Shown piece after piece: positions 1 through 10,401 of a stretch of 64,000 nt of DNA (within the stretch, counting starts at the first letter, position 1; every line of letters starts with the position of its first letter). This DNA is from an uncultured Bifidobacteriaceae bacterium (lineage in GTDB: Bacteria > Bacteroidota > Bacteroidia > Chitinophagales > UBA10324). Made by a program: the position numbers and the translations under genes. The notes under the pieces were generated by a model, which was given only the letters and a program-made list of their open reading frames with translations, was not told where the DNA came from and did not search any database. The stretch covers positions 42,753-106,752 of the forward strand of contig CAZXFT010000007.1 of assembly GCA_964640655.1 (NCBI GenBank), read 5' to 3'.

Positions 1-1367
1 ACGAGGGTTTCTCACAGTATCTCCGCCAATATTGGCAGTTGCAGGAATTACCAACGGACGAAGCTGTAATTGCCTGGAACGACGGCACGATTCAGGAGTT
101 GAATAAAATGACCTGGAGTTCACAGAATGAATTCGTTACCGTACTGTACAATCGTATTATGTATCAAATAACCTTATGCAATGAATTTATTCGCCAGACA
201 TCTGACGATAACCTGGACAAACGAAATTTCTCCGATGCAGATAAGACTAAGCTAAAAGCGTATCGGGCAGAGGCTCGTTTTCTGAAAGCATTGAGTCTCT
301 GGCACGGTATGGATTTATATGCCAACATACCTGACATCACTGATGAAAGTAAATTTCCCGGATCGGATTATCCTACTCAAATTACACGCAGCAATTTATT
401 CAGATATATAGAAAGTGAATTAAAGGCCATTGAAAATGAAATTACTCCTGTTGCACAAAGTGAGTATGGACGTGCCAATCAGGCTGCCGTGTGGACTTTG
501 ATGGCGAAGTTATACTTAAACGCTGATGCACACATCGGTTCTCCTCGATATGGAGATGCCATCACTTATTGCGACAAGGTCATTAACTCTGGATATCAGC
601 TAGAACCAAAATATCGCAATCTGTTTTTAGCTGACAACAATTTATCAAGCGAAATTATTTTCCCCATTTGTTTTGATGGTATCAACACCAGATCCTACGG
701 CGGAACCTGTTACTTAGTGCATGCTCCTGTAGGTGGAACCACATGGAATGCTGCAGACAGTTTTGGAATAAGTGCCGGTGGTTGGTTTGGTTTACGTACT
801 ACTTTATCTTTTTTCAATCAATTTCCGGATACCGTTGATAGTCGTGCTTTGTTCTTCCGTGGCGGTCAAACAAATGATACCATTAAAAATCTTGGGACTT
901 TTTCACAAGGCATAGGCATCAAGAAATTTAGAAACATAACATCTACCGGTGCCAAAGGCAGCGACCCTGTTAACTTCCCGGACACTGATTTTCCAATGTT
1001 CCGTCTTGCAGAAATTTATCTGACATATGCAGAAGCTACTGTTCGCGGTGGCAGCGGTGGAAATACTGGAACTGCTATTGGTTATATCAATCAGTTGCGC
1101 GAACGTGCCTACGGTAACAGTTCTCAAAACATCAGTTCATTAACATTGGACGATGTCTTTAACGAACGCTCTCGCGAGTTATACTGGGAAGCGCAACGTC
1201 GTACCGATTTAATTCGCTTTGGCAAGTATACCGGGGGTAGTTATTTATGGCCCTGGAAAGGTGGCGTTCAAGATGGACAAAGTGTTGATGGTAAGTTCAA
1301 CATATACCCAATTCCATCTGCCGACATTATTGCAAATCCCAACCTAAAACAAAATACAGGTTACTAA
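1..1367 (+). CDS. RagB/SusD family nutrient-uptake outer membrane protein, C-terminal part (5' end lies outside the window)
   Basis: The frame is open from nt 3, upstream of the listed TTG at 39, so the gene enters from the left edge. The translation has SusD-like helical and C-terminal motifs (FRLAEIYLTYAEA, ERSRELYWEAQRRTDLIRFG). A hairpin terminator follows. Confidence 0.85.
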   Translation, partial: EGFSQYLRQYWQLQELPTDEAVIAWNDGTIQELNKMTWSSQNEFVTVLYNRIMYQITLCNEFIRQTSDDNLDKRNFSDADKTKLKAYRAEARFLKALSLWHGMDLYANIPDITDESKFPGSDYPTQITRSNLFRYIESELKAIENEITPVAQSEYGRANQAAVWTLMAKLYLNADAHIGSPRYGDAITYCDKVINSGYQLEPKYRNLFLADNNLSSEIIFPICFDGINTRSYGGTCYLVHAPVGGTTWNAADSFGISAGGWFGLRTTLSFFNQFPDTVDSRALFFRGGQTNDTIKNLGTFSQGIGIKKFRNITSTGAKGSDPVNFPDTDFPMFRLAEIYLTYAEATVRGGSGGNTGTAIGYINQLRERAYGNSSQNISSLTLDDVFNERSRELYWEAQRRTDLIRFGKYTGGSYLWPWKGGVQDGQSVDGKFNIYPIPSADIIANPNLKQNTGY

Positions 1368-1396
1368 ACCGAATAGCCAACCTAAAACCCAATTGA

Positions 1397-1429
1397 AAGC
1401 CGCACTTCAGTATTGGTGCGGCTTTTTTA
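1397..1429 (+). terminator. Rho-independent terminator after the SusD-like gene
   Basis: AAGCCGCAC (1397-1405) pairs with GTGCGGCTT (1416-1424) around a 10-nt loop, followed by a T-run (1423-1428). Confidence 0.8.
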
Positions 1430-1456
1430 TTACTTTGTGCTTTGAAAACAGCGGGT

Positions 1457-3925
1457 ATGAATTTGAATGATATAGCCTTCGACTATGTGGAATATACTCA
1501 AAGACATGTGCTCATCAGCGGTAAAGCCGGTACAGGCAAGACGACATTGCTGAAACGCATTAAGTACGGAACACATAAAAATACAGTAGTTGTTGCACCC
1601 ACAGGTGTAGCTGCTATCAATGCCGGTGGGGTAACTATTCATTCCTTTTTTCAACTTCCTTTTAATGCTTATGTTCCCGAAAAGTCTTACCTGACTTTAA
1701 ATGATGCCGTATTGAATCGTGAGCGACTACTCAGTAAACATAAACTCAACAAAGAACGTCTGGCGGTATTTAAAAGCATGGAACTGCTCATCATTGATGA
1801 AATCAGTATGGTGCGATGTGATGTGATGGATATGATGAATGTTGTTCTGCAACATGCAAGACAAGAACATCATTTGCCTTTTGGTGGCGTGCAGGTTGTG
1901 ATGATTGGCGATCTGTATCAGTTGTCGCCGGTAATTAAGGATGAAGAATGGCAGCACATGAAGCACTACTATAACAGTTCCTACTTTTTTGACAGTGGTG
2001 TTTATCCTTCCACGAATACTATCAACATTGAGTTAGATAAAATTTACAGGCAACAGGATGAAAATTTTATTGCCATACTGAATGGAGTGAGAAACAATGA
2101 ACTAACCGACAAGCAATATGAACAATTGCATCAATGCTTAGACGAGTATTATGAACCACGCAAAAATGATGGTGCCATTATTCTGACTACACACAACCAA
2201 ACGGCTGATGAGATTAATGTAAGCCGACTGACCTCAATCAAAAAAAATGAAGTGGTTTATTCGGCAGAAAAAGAAGGCTTGTTTGACGAGCGTAACACAA
2301 CAGCAGAAACCGAATTGCGGCTGAAAGTTGGTGCCCAGATCATGTTTGTCAAGAATGATATGGAAAAAGTTCGCCGTTTCTTTAATGGCAAAATAGCTTT
2401 TGTAAAAGAACTGAATGATGAAAATATTATAGTAGAAGATGAGAGCGGTACTGAGATAACTGTTACGCGTCACGTTTGGGAAAACATCAAGTACGAACAT
2501 AACTCAAAAGAGAATCGTGTTGATGAACAGGTGATCGGCCGATTCAAACAATTTCCACTTCGCCTTGCATGGGCTATAACCATTCACAAAAGTCAGGGGC
2601 TGACTTTTGAGCACGTGGTGATAGATGCCGGTCGTGCTTTTAGTCCGGGCCAGGTATACGTTGCTTTAAGTCGCTGTACCACACTAAAAGGTATCATCTT
2701 GAAAAGTCGTATCCCTAAAAACCATTTTAAAACAGATGAGCGAATCAAAGACTTTTATGCGTTAAGTGCATTGACTCGTGTAGATGAAGAACATTTACTG
2801 CACGAAAAGATTTTCTATCAGTTTGAGTGCGTGCAAAGTTTGTTCGACCTGTCGGCAGTCGAAAAACCAAATAATGCCTGGATGTTCATATTGATGGAAC
2901 ACAAGAATAGTATTAACAAGGAATATCACGATACAATGTTTGCATATCGTGAACGTGCAACATCATTGTACGAAGTTTCATTGAAGTTTATGGACGAGTT
3001 AAAACGTTTGCACCGCAACGATATAGCACCCGACAATAATGAACAACTTAAATTGAGAACCGCAAAAGCTGCAACATACTTCACAGCACAGTCTCTTGAA
3101 TTACTAAAACTATTACAGGAGACTAAATTTGTTACGGACAACAAACAGGCAGAAGCAAAATTGTACTCAATGGAAAAGGAGTTGTATGAGTTTTGGCATA
3201 AGAAGAATGCATTGTGGCTTGCACTAAACAATGGATTTGATTCAGCATTATATTTTAATGCGCTTAAGGCGCATCAAACTCCCCGACTTATAAAAGCCGG
3301 TAAATCCGAAGATGCCGTTGGAAACACGCGCTCCTTAAAGCAGCTACTGTTATCCTTACGCGATGAACTCTGCGAAGAACATCAACTGCCTGCATATCGC
3401 GTAGCTACTGTTCAAACCATTGAGGCACTCTGTGAACAGCTACCGCAAAACGAACAACAACTTTTGGATGTAAAAGGCTTTGGTCAAAGCCGTGTAAGGC
3501 AATTCGGCACACTCTTCCTACAGGTAATTCAGGATTACTGCCTCATCAATCATATTGACGTATCAACCATAAGCAGTGCTCCGGTTGAACAGAAAAAGAA
3601 AATCAAAAAAGAAAAAGTGCCTACACATGAGATTTCAGCACAATTATTCAGAGAAGGAAAGTCCATAGCGGAAATAGCTACTCTTAGGGGCTTTACAGTA
3701 GGCACCATTGAGAGCCATCTGGCTTATGCTGTTAGCAATAAATTGTTAAATGCTGAAGAAATCATTGGCGCAGAGAAACTGAACATAATAGTTGAAAAGT
3801 TAAAGAGTCATGCTCAGGCAAGTGTTACAGAAATTAAGCAATTGCTTCCACAACGCATTTCCTTTGGCGAGATACGAATAGGTATCAATCACTTAAAACT
3901 AATGGAGTCTATGCCGGCCGATTAA
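1457..3925 (+). CDS. PIF1/RecD-like superfamily-1 DNA helicase with C-terminal HRDC-like and helix-turn-helix domains
   Basis: Walker A is GKAGTGKTTLL and Walker B is LLIIDEISMV. Late helicase motifs are present (AITIHKSQGLTFEHVV, VALSRCT). The C-terminus has an HRDC-like stretch (LPAYRVATVQTIEALCEQLP..LLDVKGFG) and an HTH (SIAEIATLRGFTVGTIESHL). The ATG at 1457 is preferred over the listed TTG at 1442. Confidence 0.85.
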   Translation: MNLNDIAFDYVEYTQRHVLISGKAGTGKTTLLKRIKYGTHKNTVVVAPTGVAAINAGGVTIHSFFQLPFNAYVPEKSYLTLNDAVLNRERLLSKHKLNKERLAVFKSMELLIIDEISMVRCDVMDMMNVVLQHARQEHHLPFGGVQVVMIGDLYQLSPVIKDEEWQHMKHYYNSSYFFDSGVYPSTNTINIELDKIYRQQDENFIAILNGVRNNELTDKQYEQLHQCLDEYYEPRKNDGAIILTTHNQTADEINVSRLTSIKKNEVVYSAEKEGLFDERNTTAETELRLKVGAQIMFVKNDMEKVRRFFNGKIAFVKELNDENIIVEDESGTEITVTRHVWENIKYEHNSKENRVDEQVIGRFKQFPLRLAWAITIHKSQGLTFEHVVIDAGRAFSPGQVYVALSRCTTLKGIILKSRIPKNHFKTDERIKDFYALSALTRVDEEHLLHEKIFYQFECVQSLFDLSAVEKPNNAWMFILMEHKNSINKEYHDTMFAYRERATSLYEVSLKFMDELKRLHRNDIAPDNNEQLKLRTAKAATYFTAQSLELLKLLQETKFVTDNKQAEAKLYSMEKELYEFWHKKNALWLALNNGFDSALYFNALKAHQTPRLIKAGKSEDAVGNTRSLKQLLLSLRDELCEEHQLPAYRVATVQTIEALCEQLPQNEQQLLDVKGFGQSRVRQFGTLFLQVIQDYCLINHIDVSTISSAPVEQKKKIKKEKVPTHEISAQLFREGKSIAEIATLRGFTVGTIESHLAYAVSNKLLNAEEIIGAEKLNIIVEKLKSHAQASVTEIKQLLPQRISFGEIRIGINHLKLMESMPAD

Positions 3926-5208
3926 TGCGATTCAAACCATTCGGAAATGGCATTATATATAGCTTGCAGTTGCTCTCTGTTGATGCAATATGGTGGTACA
4001 GTATAAATGGTGGTACCTAATGGTCTCAACAATACTCCTCTGCGAATAAAGAAATCATACATGGCATCGCGCCACTCGCTTAGGTATCCATGCTTTTGAT
4101 GATCGGGTTTAAAGTCGACTGCAGCAATAGTTCCAAGTACTCTCGGATGATTGGCTTTTTCAAATCGCGAAATGCCTGAAGCAAATTCCAGGTGAGCCGA
4201 GTTTATCTGTTTGATGTTTTGCTGCGTGGTGTCCATAATCAATAATTCAAGCGATGCATAGGCCACAGCGCATGCCAATGGATTGCCGGTGTATGAATGT
4301 CCGTGGAAAAACGATTGATTGCGGTCAACATTATCAAATGCAGACACAATCTTATCATTGCACATAGTAACTCCCAAAGGCATAAAACCTGCCGTAAGTC
4401 CTTTAGACAAACAGATTAAATCCGGCGTTGCTGTTAACTGATGGTGTGCCAGCAAAGTACCCGTTCTATAAAATCCGGTAAATACTTCATCGGCTATAAG
4501 CAATATTTCATGTTGCCTCATAAGTAGCAGCAGGGCATTCATTTCATCTTTATCGTACATTACCATTCCCGCAGTGCCTTGCACTAAAGGCTCGTAAATG
4601 AATGCTGCTATTTGCTTGTTATCCATTTCATTCAACAATAGTTGCAAAGCCTGAATGCTATGTTGACTGCCATCAGGCACAGGAATAAATTTTACATCGA
4701 ACAATAAATCGTCAAAAGGCTTGGTAAACAATCCACGTGCACTGACTGACATAGCACCAAATGTGTCTCCATGATATGCATTGTCAAAAGCTATAATGGT
4801 ACGTTTTGGTGTTCCAGTGTTAAACCAGTATTGTAATGCCATTTTAATGGCTACTTCGATGGCTGTAGAACCATTGTCAGAAAAAAATATTTTTTGTTGA
4901 CCAAGTCCAGTATGTTGAATGAGTAGCTGAGAAAGTTTAACGGCTGGTTCGTGGGTGAAGCCGGCAAAAATGACATGTTCCAACTGTAATGCCTGTTCAT
5001 ATAACTTAGTGGCTATGTAAGGATGTGCATGTCCATGAATATTTGTCCACCAGCTGGATATAGCATCAATAATAGGTTTATGATCTTCAGTAAAAAGCAA
5101 GGCTCCTTCTGCACGGTGAACCGCAAGTATTTCTCGAAACTGTTTTAAGGGTGAATATGGATGCCAGATATACTCCGCATCAAGTTGTTGAAGTTTACTT
5201 TTGCTCAT
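3922..5208 (-). CDS. bioA: adenosylmethionine-8-amino-7-oxononanoate aminotransferase
   Basis: 428-aa class-III aminotransferase. The N-terminus (DAEYIWHPYS, SWWTNIHGHAHPYI) and overall layout are typical of BioA. Confidence 0.85.
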   Translation of the reverse strand: MSKSKLQQLDAEYIWHPYSPLKQFREILAVHRAEGALLFTEDHKPIIDAISSWWTNIHGHAHPYIATKLYEQALQLEHVIFAGFTHEPAVKLSQLLIQHTGLGQQKIFFSDNGSTAIEVAIKMALQYWFNTGTPKRTIIAFDNAYHGDTFGAMSVSARGLFTKPFDDLLFDVKFIPVPDGSQHSIQALQLLLNEMDNKQIAAFIYEPLVQGTAGMVMYDKDEMNALLLLMRQHEILLIADEVFTGFYRTGTLLAHHQLTATPDLICLSKGLTAGFMPLGVTMCNDKIVSAFDNVDRNQSFFHGHSYTGNPLACAVAYASLELLIMDTTQQNIKQINSAHLEFASGISRFEKANHPRVLGTIAAVDFKPDHQKHGYLSEWRDAMYDFFIRRGVLLRPLGTTIYTVPPYCINREQLQAIYNAISEWFESH

Positions 5209-6409
5209 GAATATTTACTCCTGTTTTTATAAGCTGCGTCCAAAACCTGGGAAATGATTTCTTGACGCAGTCTATATTATCAATCAGTACCCTGTTATTT
5301 ATAAAGCACAATGGCGCAAAAGCCATGGCAATTCGATGATCGTTAAATGTCTTAATTCTGATTTCTCTGTTTCGTATTCCGCCTGAGTAGATAGTAAACG
5401 CATTCTTAAACTCTTTGAATCTGACTTGACATCTAGTCAGATTGTCACATAATGCATCAATGCGATTGCTTTCTTTATCGCGTAAGTGACTAATGCCTTT
5501 GAAATGTGCAGTTATACCTAATGCTGCACAGGTTACAGTAAGCGAAGGAACGATGTCGGGGTAAGATGCACAATGAAAAGTAAGTTCATTCTGATGTGTT
5601 ACTTTTCTATTCTGAATCATCACACTATCATTGTCCTGTATTGTGAGAACCCCAAGCGATTCAAACAACAGACAACTAATCGCATCAGTTTGTAATGATT
5701 GCAATGAGAGTTTATTAAACTTAAATTTCAAATTAGAATTCAATGCAACAATCTGATAAAAGAATGAGGCACTACTCCAATCGTTTTCTACTGTACACTC
5801 CGGCAGTTGAATAGATTGATGAGGAATAAAACAACTTCTATCCTGACGCTCAAATTGAATACCTGCTGAATGAAGTGCTTGGAGTGTAAGTTCTAAGTAT
5901 GGCTCTGAAACAGCCTTACCAGTAAATTGCAAATGCAAACCTTCTGGAAATGCTGCGCCGCATAATAGCAATGCGCTCGTAAACTGAGAACTTAAACTCT
6001 GATTGATCCTGGTCTTATTCTTTATGATACATCCCCCTTGTATTTCAATGGTGCTTTTTTTAACACTAATGCGAGCACCAAGCATAATAAGTGAATCAAC
6101 TAAGGGTTGTATTGGTCTTTCCATCAAACGTTTTGCACCTTGCATTGTTGAATGAGTTTTCTTCAAACACAAGAATGGAAGCATAAACCGATAAACCGTT
6201 CCGGCATCCTGAACATCGTACAGAGTATCTTTTTGTTGAAGTAGAGACTTCATAATTATGGTGTCATTGGCTTTGCTCAGGTTATGTAATGGATACTTCT
6301 TTTCAGACAATGCACGCAAAATCAATAAACGATTACTGATACTTTTAGAAGCAGGAAGCTGAATATCAATAGATTTACTTTTTGAATGAGAATAAGTGAG
6401 CTCAATCAT
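5195..6409 (-). CDS. aroA: 3-phosphoshikimate 1-carboxyvinyltransferase (EPSP synthase)
   Basis: 404 aa, with the LPASKSISNRLLILRAL motif near the N-terminus and DHRIAMAF near the C-terminus. Overlaps bioA by 14 nt. Confidence 0.9.
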   Translation of the reverse strand: MIELTYSHSKSKSIDIQLPASKSISNRLLILRALSEKKYPLHNLSKANDTIIMKSLLQQKDTLYDVQDAGTVYRFMLPFLCLKKTHSTMQGAKRLMERPIQPLVDSLIMLGARISVKKSTIEIQGGCIIKNKTRINQSLSSQFTSALLLCGAAFPEGLHLQFTGKAVSEPYLELTLQALHSAGIQFERQDRSCFIPHQSIQLPECTVENDWSSASFFYQIVALNSNLKFKFNKLSLQSLQTDAISCLLFESLGVLTIQDNDSVMIQNRKVTHQNELTFHCASYPDIVPSLTVTCAALGITAHFKGISHLRDKESNRIDALCDNLTRCQVRFKEFKNAFTIYSGGIRNREIRIKTFNDHRIAMAFAPLCFINNRVLIDNIDCVKKSFPRFWTQLIKTGVNIHEQK

Positions 6410-7473
6410 TATGTATTCATTATTTCAATGGTTGCACGCAGTGCCTGCTCTATCTGTTTTTCTTTAACTGCGACATCCCATATCGGTTCACCAATATTTT
6501 TCAGCAACACCATTCTTATTTCACCGTTACTGTTCTTTTTATCCTGTCTCATGGATTTAATAATAATATTTACCTGGTTCATCTTCAGAGATAAAACAGG
6601 ACAATATCTTTTTATTTTTTGAATCAGCTCGTTGCTGATATTTTGTGGAAATGAAAATAATTTCTCTGACAGCAACAATGCAGCTACTATTCCATAGAAC
6701 ACACACATACCGTGCATTACAGGCAGTTGCTTGTTCAATAATAAACTTTCTATAGCGTGACCTGTAGTATGACCAAGGTTGAGTGTTTTTCTTATGTTCA
6801 GGTCATATAAATCTTTATTCACTAATTCGCATTTGTATGCTACCGACTGACGAATAATCATTTCCAGATTCATCTTTTCCAATTGCTGAATAACAATATC
6901 AAGATGTGTTTGAGAATCACATAAGCCATGTTTAAATGACTCGGCAATGCCATTCATTAACTCATCGAAAGGAAGTGTTTTCAGATAAGTGGTATTTATC
7001 CAAACCAGTTTGGGATGATAGACTGAGCCGATAATATTTTTAACTCCATTAAAATCGATGGCCGTTTTGGAACCAATTGCGGCATCAACCATAGCGAGCA
7101 TCGAAGTAGGGATATTGATATAAGCTATACCACGCTTATATACAGATGCAACAAATCCACCTATATCACTCACTACACCGCCACCCAGGTTGATGAGTAA
7201 AGTATGTTTATCGGCTTCGAGTTTAATCAACTGATTAATAATACGCTCAGTGGTTTGAAGATTTTTATTTTTCTCACCCGGTTTAATTACAATCACATCT
7301 GCCTTCTTGAGTATGGGCAACTGTTTCTTAAGCAAAGGCAAAACTTCTTTGTAACAATTTTTATCGGTTAGAATAACATACCTGGTATAGGCTGATGAGG
7401 TGATCCAATGTGAGATAAATTCAACTTCATTATCTAACCTGATGTTGACACTGTGATAGCGAAATGTTTCCAT
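6409..7473 (-). CDS. aroB: 3-dehydroquinate synthase
   Basis: 354 aa, with the nucleotide-binding GGGVVSDIGGFVA motif and metal-site region HGLCD..LNLGHTTGHAIE. The stop overlaps the aroA start by 1 nt. Confidence 0.9.
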   Translation of the reverse strand: METFRYHSVNIRLDNEVEFISHWITSSAYTRYVILTDKNCYKEVLPLLKKQLPILKKADVIVIKPGEKNKNLQTTERIINQLIKLEADKHTLLINLGGGVVSDIGGFVASVYKRGIAYINIPTSMLAMVDAAIGSKTAIDFNGVKNIIGSVYHPKLVWINTTYLKTLPFDELMNGIAESFKHGLCDSQTHLDIVIQQLEKMNLEMIIRQSVAYKCELVNKDLYDLNIRKTLNLGHTTGHAIESLLLNKQLPVMHGMCVFYGIVAALLLSEKLFSFPQNISNELIQKIKRYCPVLSLKMNQVNIIIKSMRQDKKNSNGEIRMVLLKNIGEPIWDVAVKEKQIEQALRATIEIMNT

Positions 7474-7482
7474 AAATAATAA

Positions 7483-7773
7483 TTAAGGATGAATACAGCG
7501 TAAACTGATTGCCTCTGCTCTTGAGGCAAATAATGCCTTAGTTCTGATCCATGTTTGTTTAAAAAACTCGGAGAAGCGATAGCGATTCAATGATTCTTCG
7601 TTTTCCCATATGCTGTAAGTCATCATCACACATTCGTCCGATACATCCTGCAACAAACTGACCGATTGGCAGCCCTCAAACGAACTAATAACAGGATAAA
7701 CTTCATGAAATAGTTTTTGAAAATCATCGACATATTCCTTCCTGAACGTCATTTTTACGATTCGTACAATCAT
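7483..7773 (-). CDS. antibiotic-biosynthesis-monooxygenase (ABM) domain protein
   Basis: 96 aa with a ferredoxin-like ABM pattern (MIVRIVKMTF..FEGCQSVSLLQD..YSIWENEESL). Confidence 0.6.
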   Translation of the reverse strand: MIVRIVKMTFRKEYVDDFQKLFHEVYPVISSFEGCQSVSLLQDVSDECVMMTYSIWENEESLNRYRFSEFFKQTWIRTKALFASRAEAISLRCIHP

Positions 7774-8549
7774 ATAAAATCAATATGAACCGAGTCACCA
7801 ACAGATACCCCATTCAACTCTGCGAGATTTCCCTGATGCATGGCAATTTCCAGATAATTGTTTGCGTTGAAGAAAGCTGCTACATCGCGCAAAGGCACTT
7901 CAGAATATGACTGCGATAGATGATCGGCTTCTACACTTCTCCTAACACGTATAATAAATTTGCGGTTTTTGCGAATTCTTTCAAATTCATCGCGCTTAAC
8001 ATTGAGAATGATATTTTGATGATGATCAATGTTGATTACAGCAGCAAGTATCATTTTTTCATAGGTGATCGGACGGTGAGTTTCGGAATGTTGAACTTCG
8101 TTAAACGGCTCAGACACCTGATCTAAATCTTTCTTTACCAATATGGCATTCAGTACAGCTGGAAAAATATCGATGGCGGGAAATGAAGGATGTTTCACGA
8201 AATCAATGGAATAAATGCGGCGTAAATCCTGTGGTTGTTGCCCTTCAAGTATCGCGGAGAATACACCTGTATCACAACTGCACACATACTGATCCTGTAT
8301 ACGCATAATCAGAAATGGTTTATTCTCATCAAATGAAAACGATACATCAATGAAGTGGATGGTGTCTGCAGGATAAAATTTTAACGAATTATGTACTTGA
8401 AAAGCAGCTGAACCATAATGATAAGGTTCAATCAAGTGCGTGATATCCACGATGTGTATATCTGCTGAAACCTGCAACAATTTTGATTTTAAAGCCCCTG
8501 CATAGTAATCTCTGCATCCGTAATCTGTAGTGAGGGTAACTATGTTCAT
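7770..8549 (-). CDS. SAM hydroxide adenosyltransferase family protein (DUF62, SAM-cleaving)
   Basis: 259 aa. The N-terminus IVTLTTDYGCRDYYAGALKSKLL matches the DUF62/SAM hydrolase signature. Overlaps the ABM gene by 4 nt. Confidence 0.7.
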   Translation of the reverse strand: MNIVTLTTDYGCRDYYAGALKSKLLQVSADIHIVDITHLIEPYHYGSAAFQVHNSLKFYPADTIHFIDVSFSFDENKPFLIMRIQDQYVCSCDTGVFSAILEGQQPQDLRRIYSIDFVKHPSFPAIDIFPAVLNAILVKKDLDQVSEPFNEVQHSETHRPITYEKMILAAVINIDHHQNIILNVKRDEFERIRKNRKFIIRVRRSVEADHLSQSYSEVPLRDVAAFFNANNYLEIAMHQGNLAELNGVSVGDSVHIDFI

Positions 8550-8598
8550 TCCCGCGATAATTATTTGTTATTTTTTCCTCATCAAAATAACTTAAAAA

Positions 8599-9606
8599 TT
8601 GACAGAACTTACGATCAGCATAGATAGCATTGATCCCCTAGATTTCTTAGGTGTCAACAATTCAAGACTAAACATTTTGAAGAAAGCATTTCCTAAACTT
8701 AAAATTGTTTCGCGCGGTAATGTGATTAAGGCAGAAGGCAGTCACAACGAGTTGGAGCAATTGCAGGACAAGGTGAACATGATGATTCAGTATGTAGAGC
8801 GATTCGGGAGGCTGAGCGACAAGCACGCCGAGGATTTATTAGGTGAAGATGTTGAACCTGAAGAAACCGGACTAACTCCACATACCGGGGATGTTATCGT
8901 TTATGGTACAAATGGCACAATCGTTCGTGCACGCACACCTAATCAGAAACGTATGGTTGAAGAAAGCGAAAAGAACGACATTCTTTTTGCCATTGGTCCT
9001 GCAGGAACAGGTAAAACTTATACTGCTGTAGCACTTGCCGTTCGCGCTTTGAAAAACAAAACTATCAAGAAAATAATTCTTACTCGACCAGCTGTGGAAG
9101 CCGGAGAAAGTCTTGGTTTTTTACCCGGTGATTTAAAAGAAAAGATTGATCCTTATTTGCGTCCACTATATGATGCACTTGATGATATGATTCCGCCTGA
9201 CAAGTTGGCATATTATATTACAAATCGCGTGATAGAAATTGCACCTCTGGCATTTATGCGCGGCAGAACATTAGACCATGCTTTTATTATTCTTGATGAA
9301 GCACAGAACACAACTGATCTGCAGTTAAAGATGTTTTTGACTCGTATAGGCTCCAATGCAAAAGCCATTATCACCGGCGACTTAACACAGATTGACCTTC
9401 CTAAGAATCAGCGTTCAGGTTTGTTCAAAGGTCTGAACATTCTGAAAAACATTGAGGGTATTGCTCAGATATTTCTTAGTGACCACGATGTGGTGCGTCA
9501 CCGTTTGGTGAAACAAATCATACGTGCATATGATAAAGACAGTGAACGTCAGGATGCAGGTCTGGATGACAACAATAACTCTTCCGAAAATAAAAAGAAA
9601 GATTAA
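8599..9606 (+). CDS. phoH: PhoH family ATPase
   Basis: Walker A is [13 protein letters not shown] and Walker B is FIILDEAQN, followed by [11 protein letters not shown]. The listed start is TTG. Confidence 0.9.
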   Translation: MTELTISIDSIDPLDFLGVNNSRLNILKKAFPKLKIVSRGNVIKAEGSHNELEQLQDKVNMMIQYVERFGRLSDKHAEDLLGEDVEPEETGLTPHTGDVIVYGTNGTIVRARTPNQKRMVEESEKNDILFAIGPAGTGKTYTAVALAVRALKNKTIKKIILTRPAVEAGESLGFLPGDLKEKIDPYLRPLYDALDDMIPPDKLAYYITNRVIEIAPLAFMRGRTLDHAFIILDEAQNTTDLQLKMFLTRIGSNAKAIITGDLTQIDLPKNQRSGLFKGLNILKNIEGIAQIFLSDHDVVRHRLVKQIIRAYDKDSERQDAGLDDNNNSSENKKKD

Positions 9607-9618
9607 AGACATTAATCA

Positions 9619-10401
9619 ATGACAGTTCTTCAGGCAATCATTATTGCCATCGTGGAAGGTATCACCGAGTTCCTTCCTATTTCATCGACAGGACACATGA
9701 TTATTACCAGCGCTTTGATGGGTATTGAAACCAACGAGGTTGTTAAGCTATTCAATGTATGCATTCAGTTTGGAGCTATTCTGGCCGTTGTAGTGCTTTA
9801 TTTCAAACGCTTTTTTCGCAGCCTGGATTTATACTACAAATTAGTAGTAGCATTTATCCCCGCTGCCATTGCAGGCTTATTATTCAAGCATATTATCAAA
9901 CAATTGCTCGAGAGTGTTTTCACTGTAGGAGTAACTCTTTTATTGGGTGGCATAGTTCTATTGTTCATAGATAAAATATTTAAGAAAAATGATGATGAAG
10001 AAATAATCATCACTTATCCCAAAGCATTTATCATCGGGTGTTTTCAGGTACTGGCCATGATACCCGGTGTATCACGCTCAGCAGCAACTATCATTGGCGG
10101 AATGTCGCGTGGCCTTAGTAGAAAACAAGCCGCAGAGTTTTCATTTTTTCTTGCGGTGCCCACTATGTTTGCTGCAACTGCATTAGACTTATTAGACAAC
10201 TTTAAACTAATCAACGAAGGAAATATTAAACTACTCCTCATAGGAAACCTGGTTGCATTTATAGTGGCGATATTGGCTATAAAAACTTTCATTTCAATAC
10301 TTACACGATATGGATTCTTTTGGTTTGGTATTTATCGTATTGTTGTTGGTGCCGCTATTTTGACTGCAATGGCTCTTGGTGTTAATTTGCACCTCGTATG
10401 A
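9619..10401 (+). CDS. uppP: undecaprenyl-diphosphate phosphatase
   Basis: 260-aa polytopic membrane protein with BacA/UppP motifs ([24 protein letters not shown]). Confidence 0.9.
   Translation: MTVLQAIIIAIVEGITEFLPISSTGHMIITSALMGIETNEVVKLFNVCIQFGAILAVVVLYFKRFFRSLDLYYKLVVAFIPAAIAGLLFKHIIKQLLESVFTVGVTLLLGGIVLLFIDKIFKKNDDEEIIITYPKAFIIGCFQVLAMIPGVSRSAATIIGGMSRGLSRKQAAEFSFFLAVPTMFAATALDLLDNFKLINEGNIKLLLIGNLVAFIVAILAIKTFISILTRYGFFWFGIYRIVVGAAILTAMALGVNLHLV

Noticed and set aside
6386-6622. 78-aa plus-strand ORF at the aroA/aroB junction
   Set aside because: It is antisense to aroB/aroA and has low-complexity hydrophobic content.
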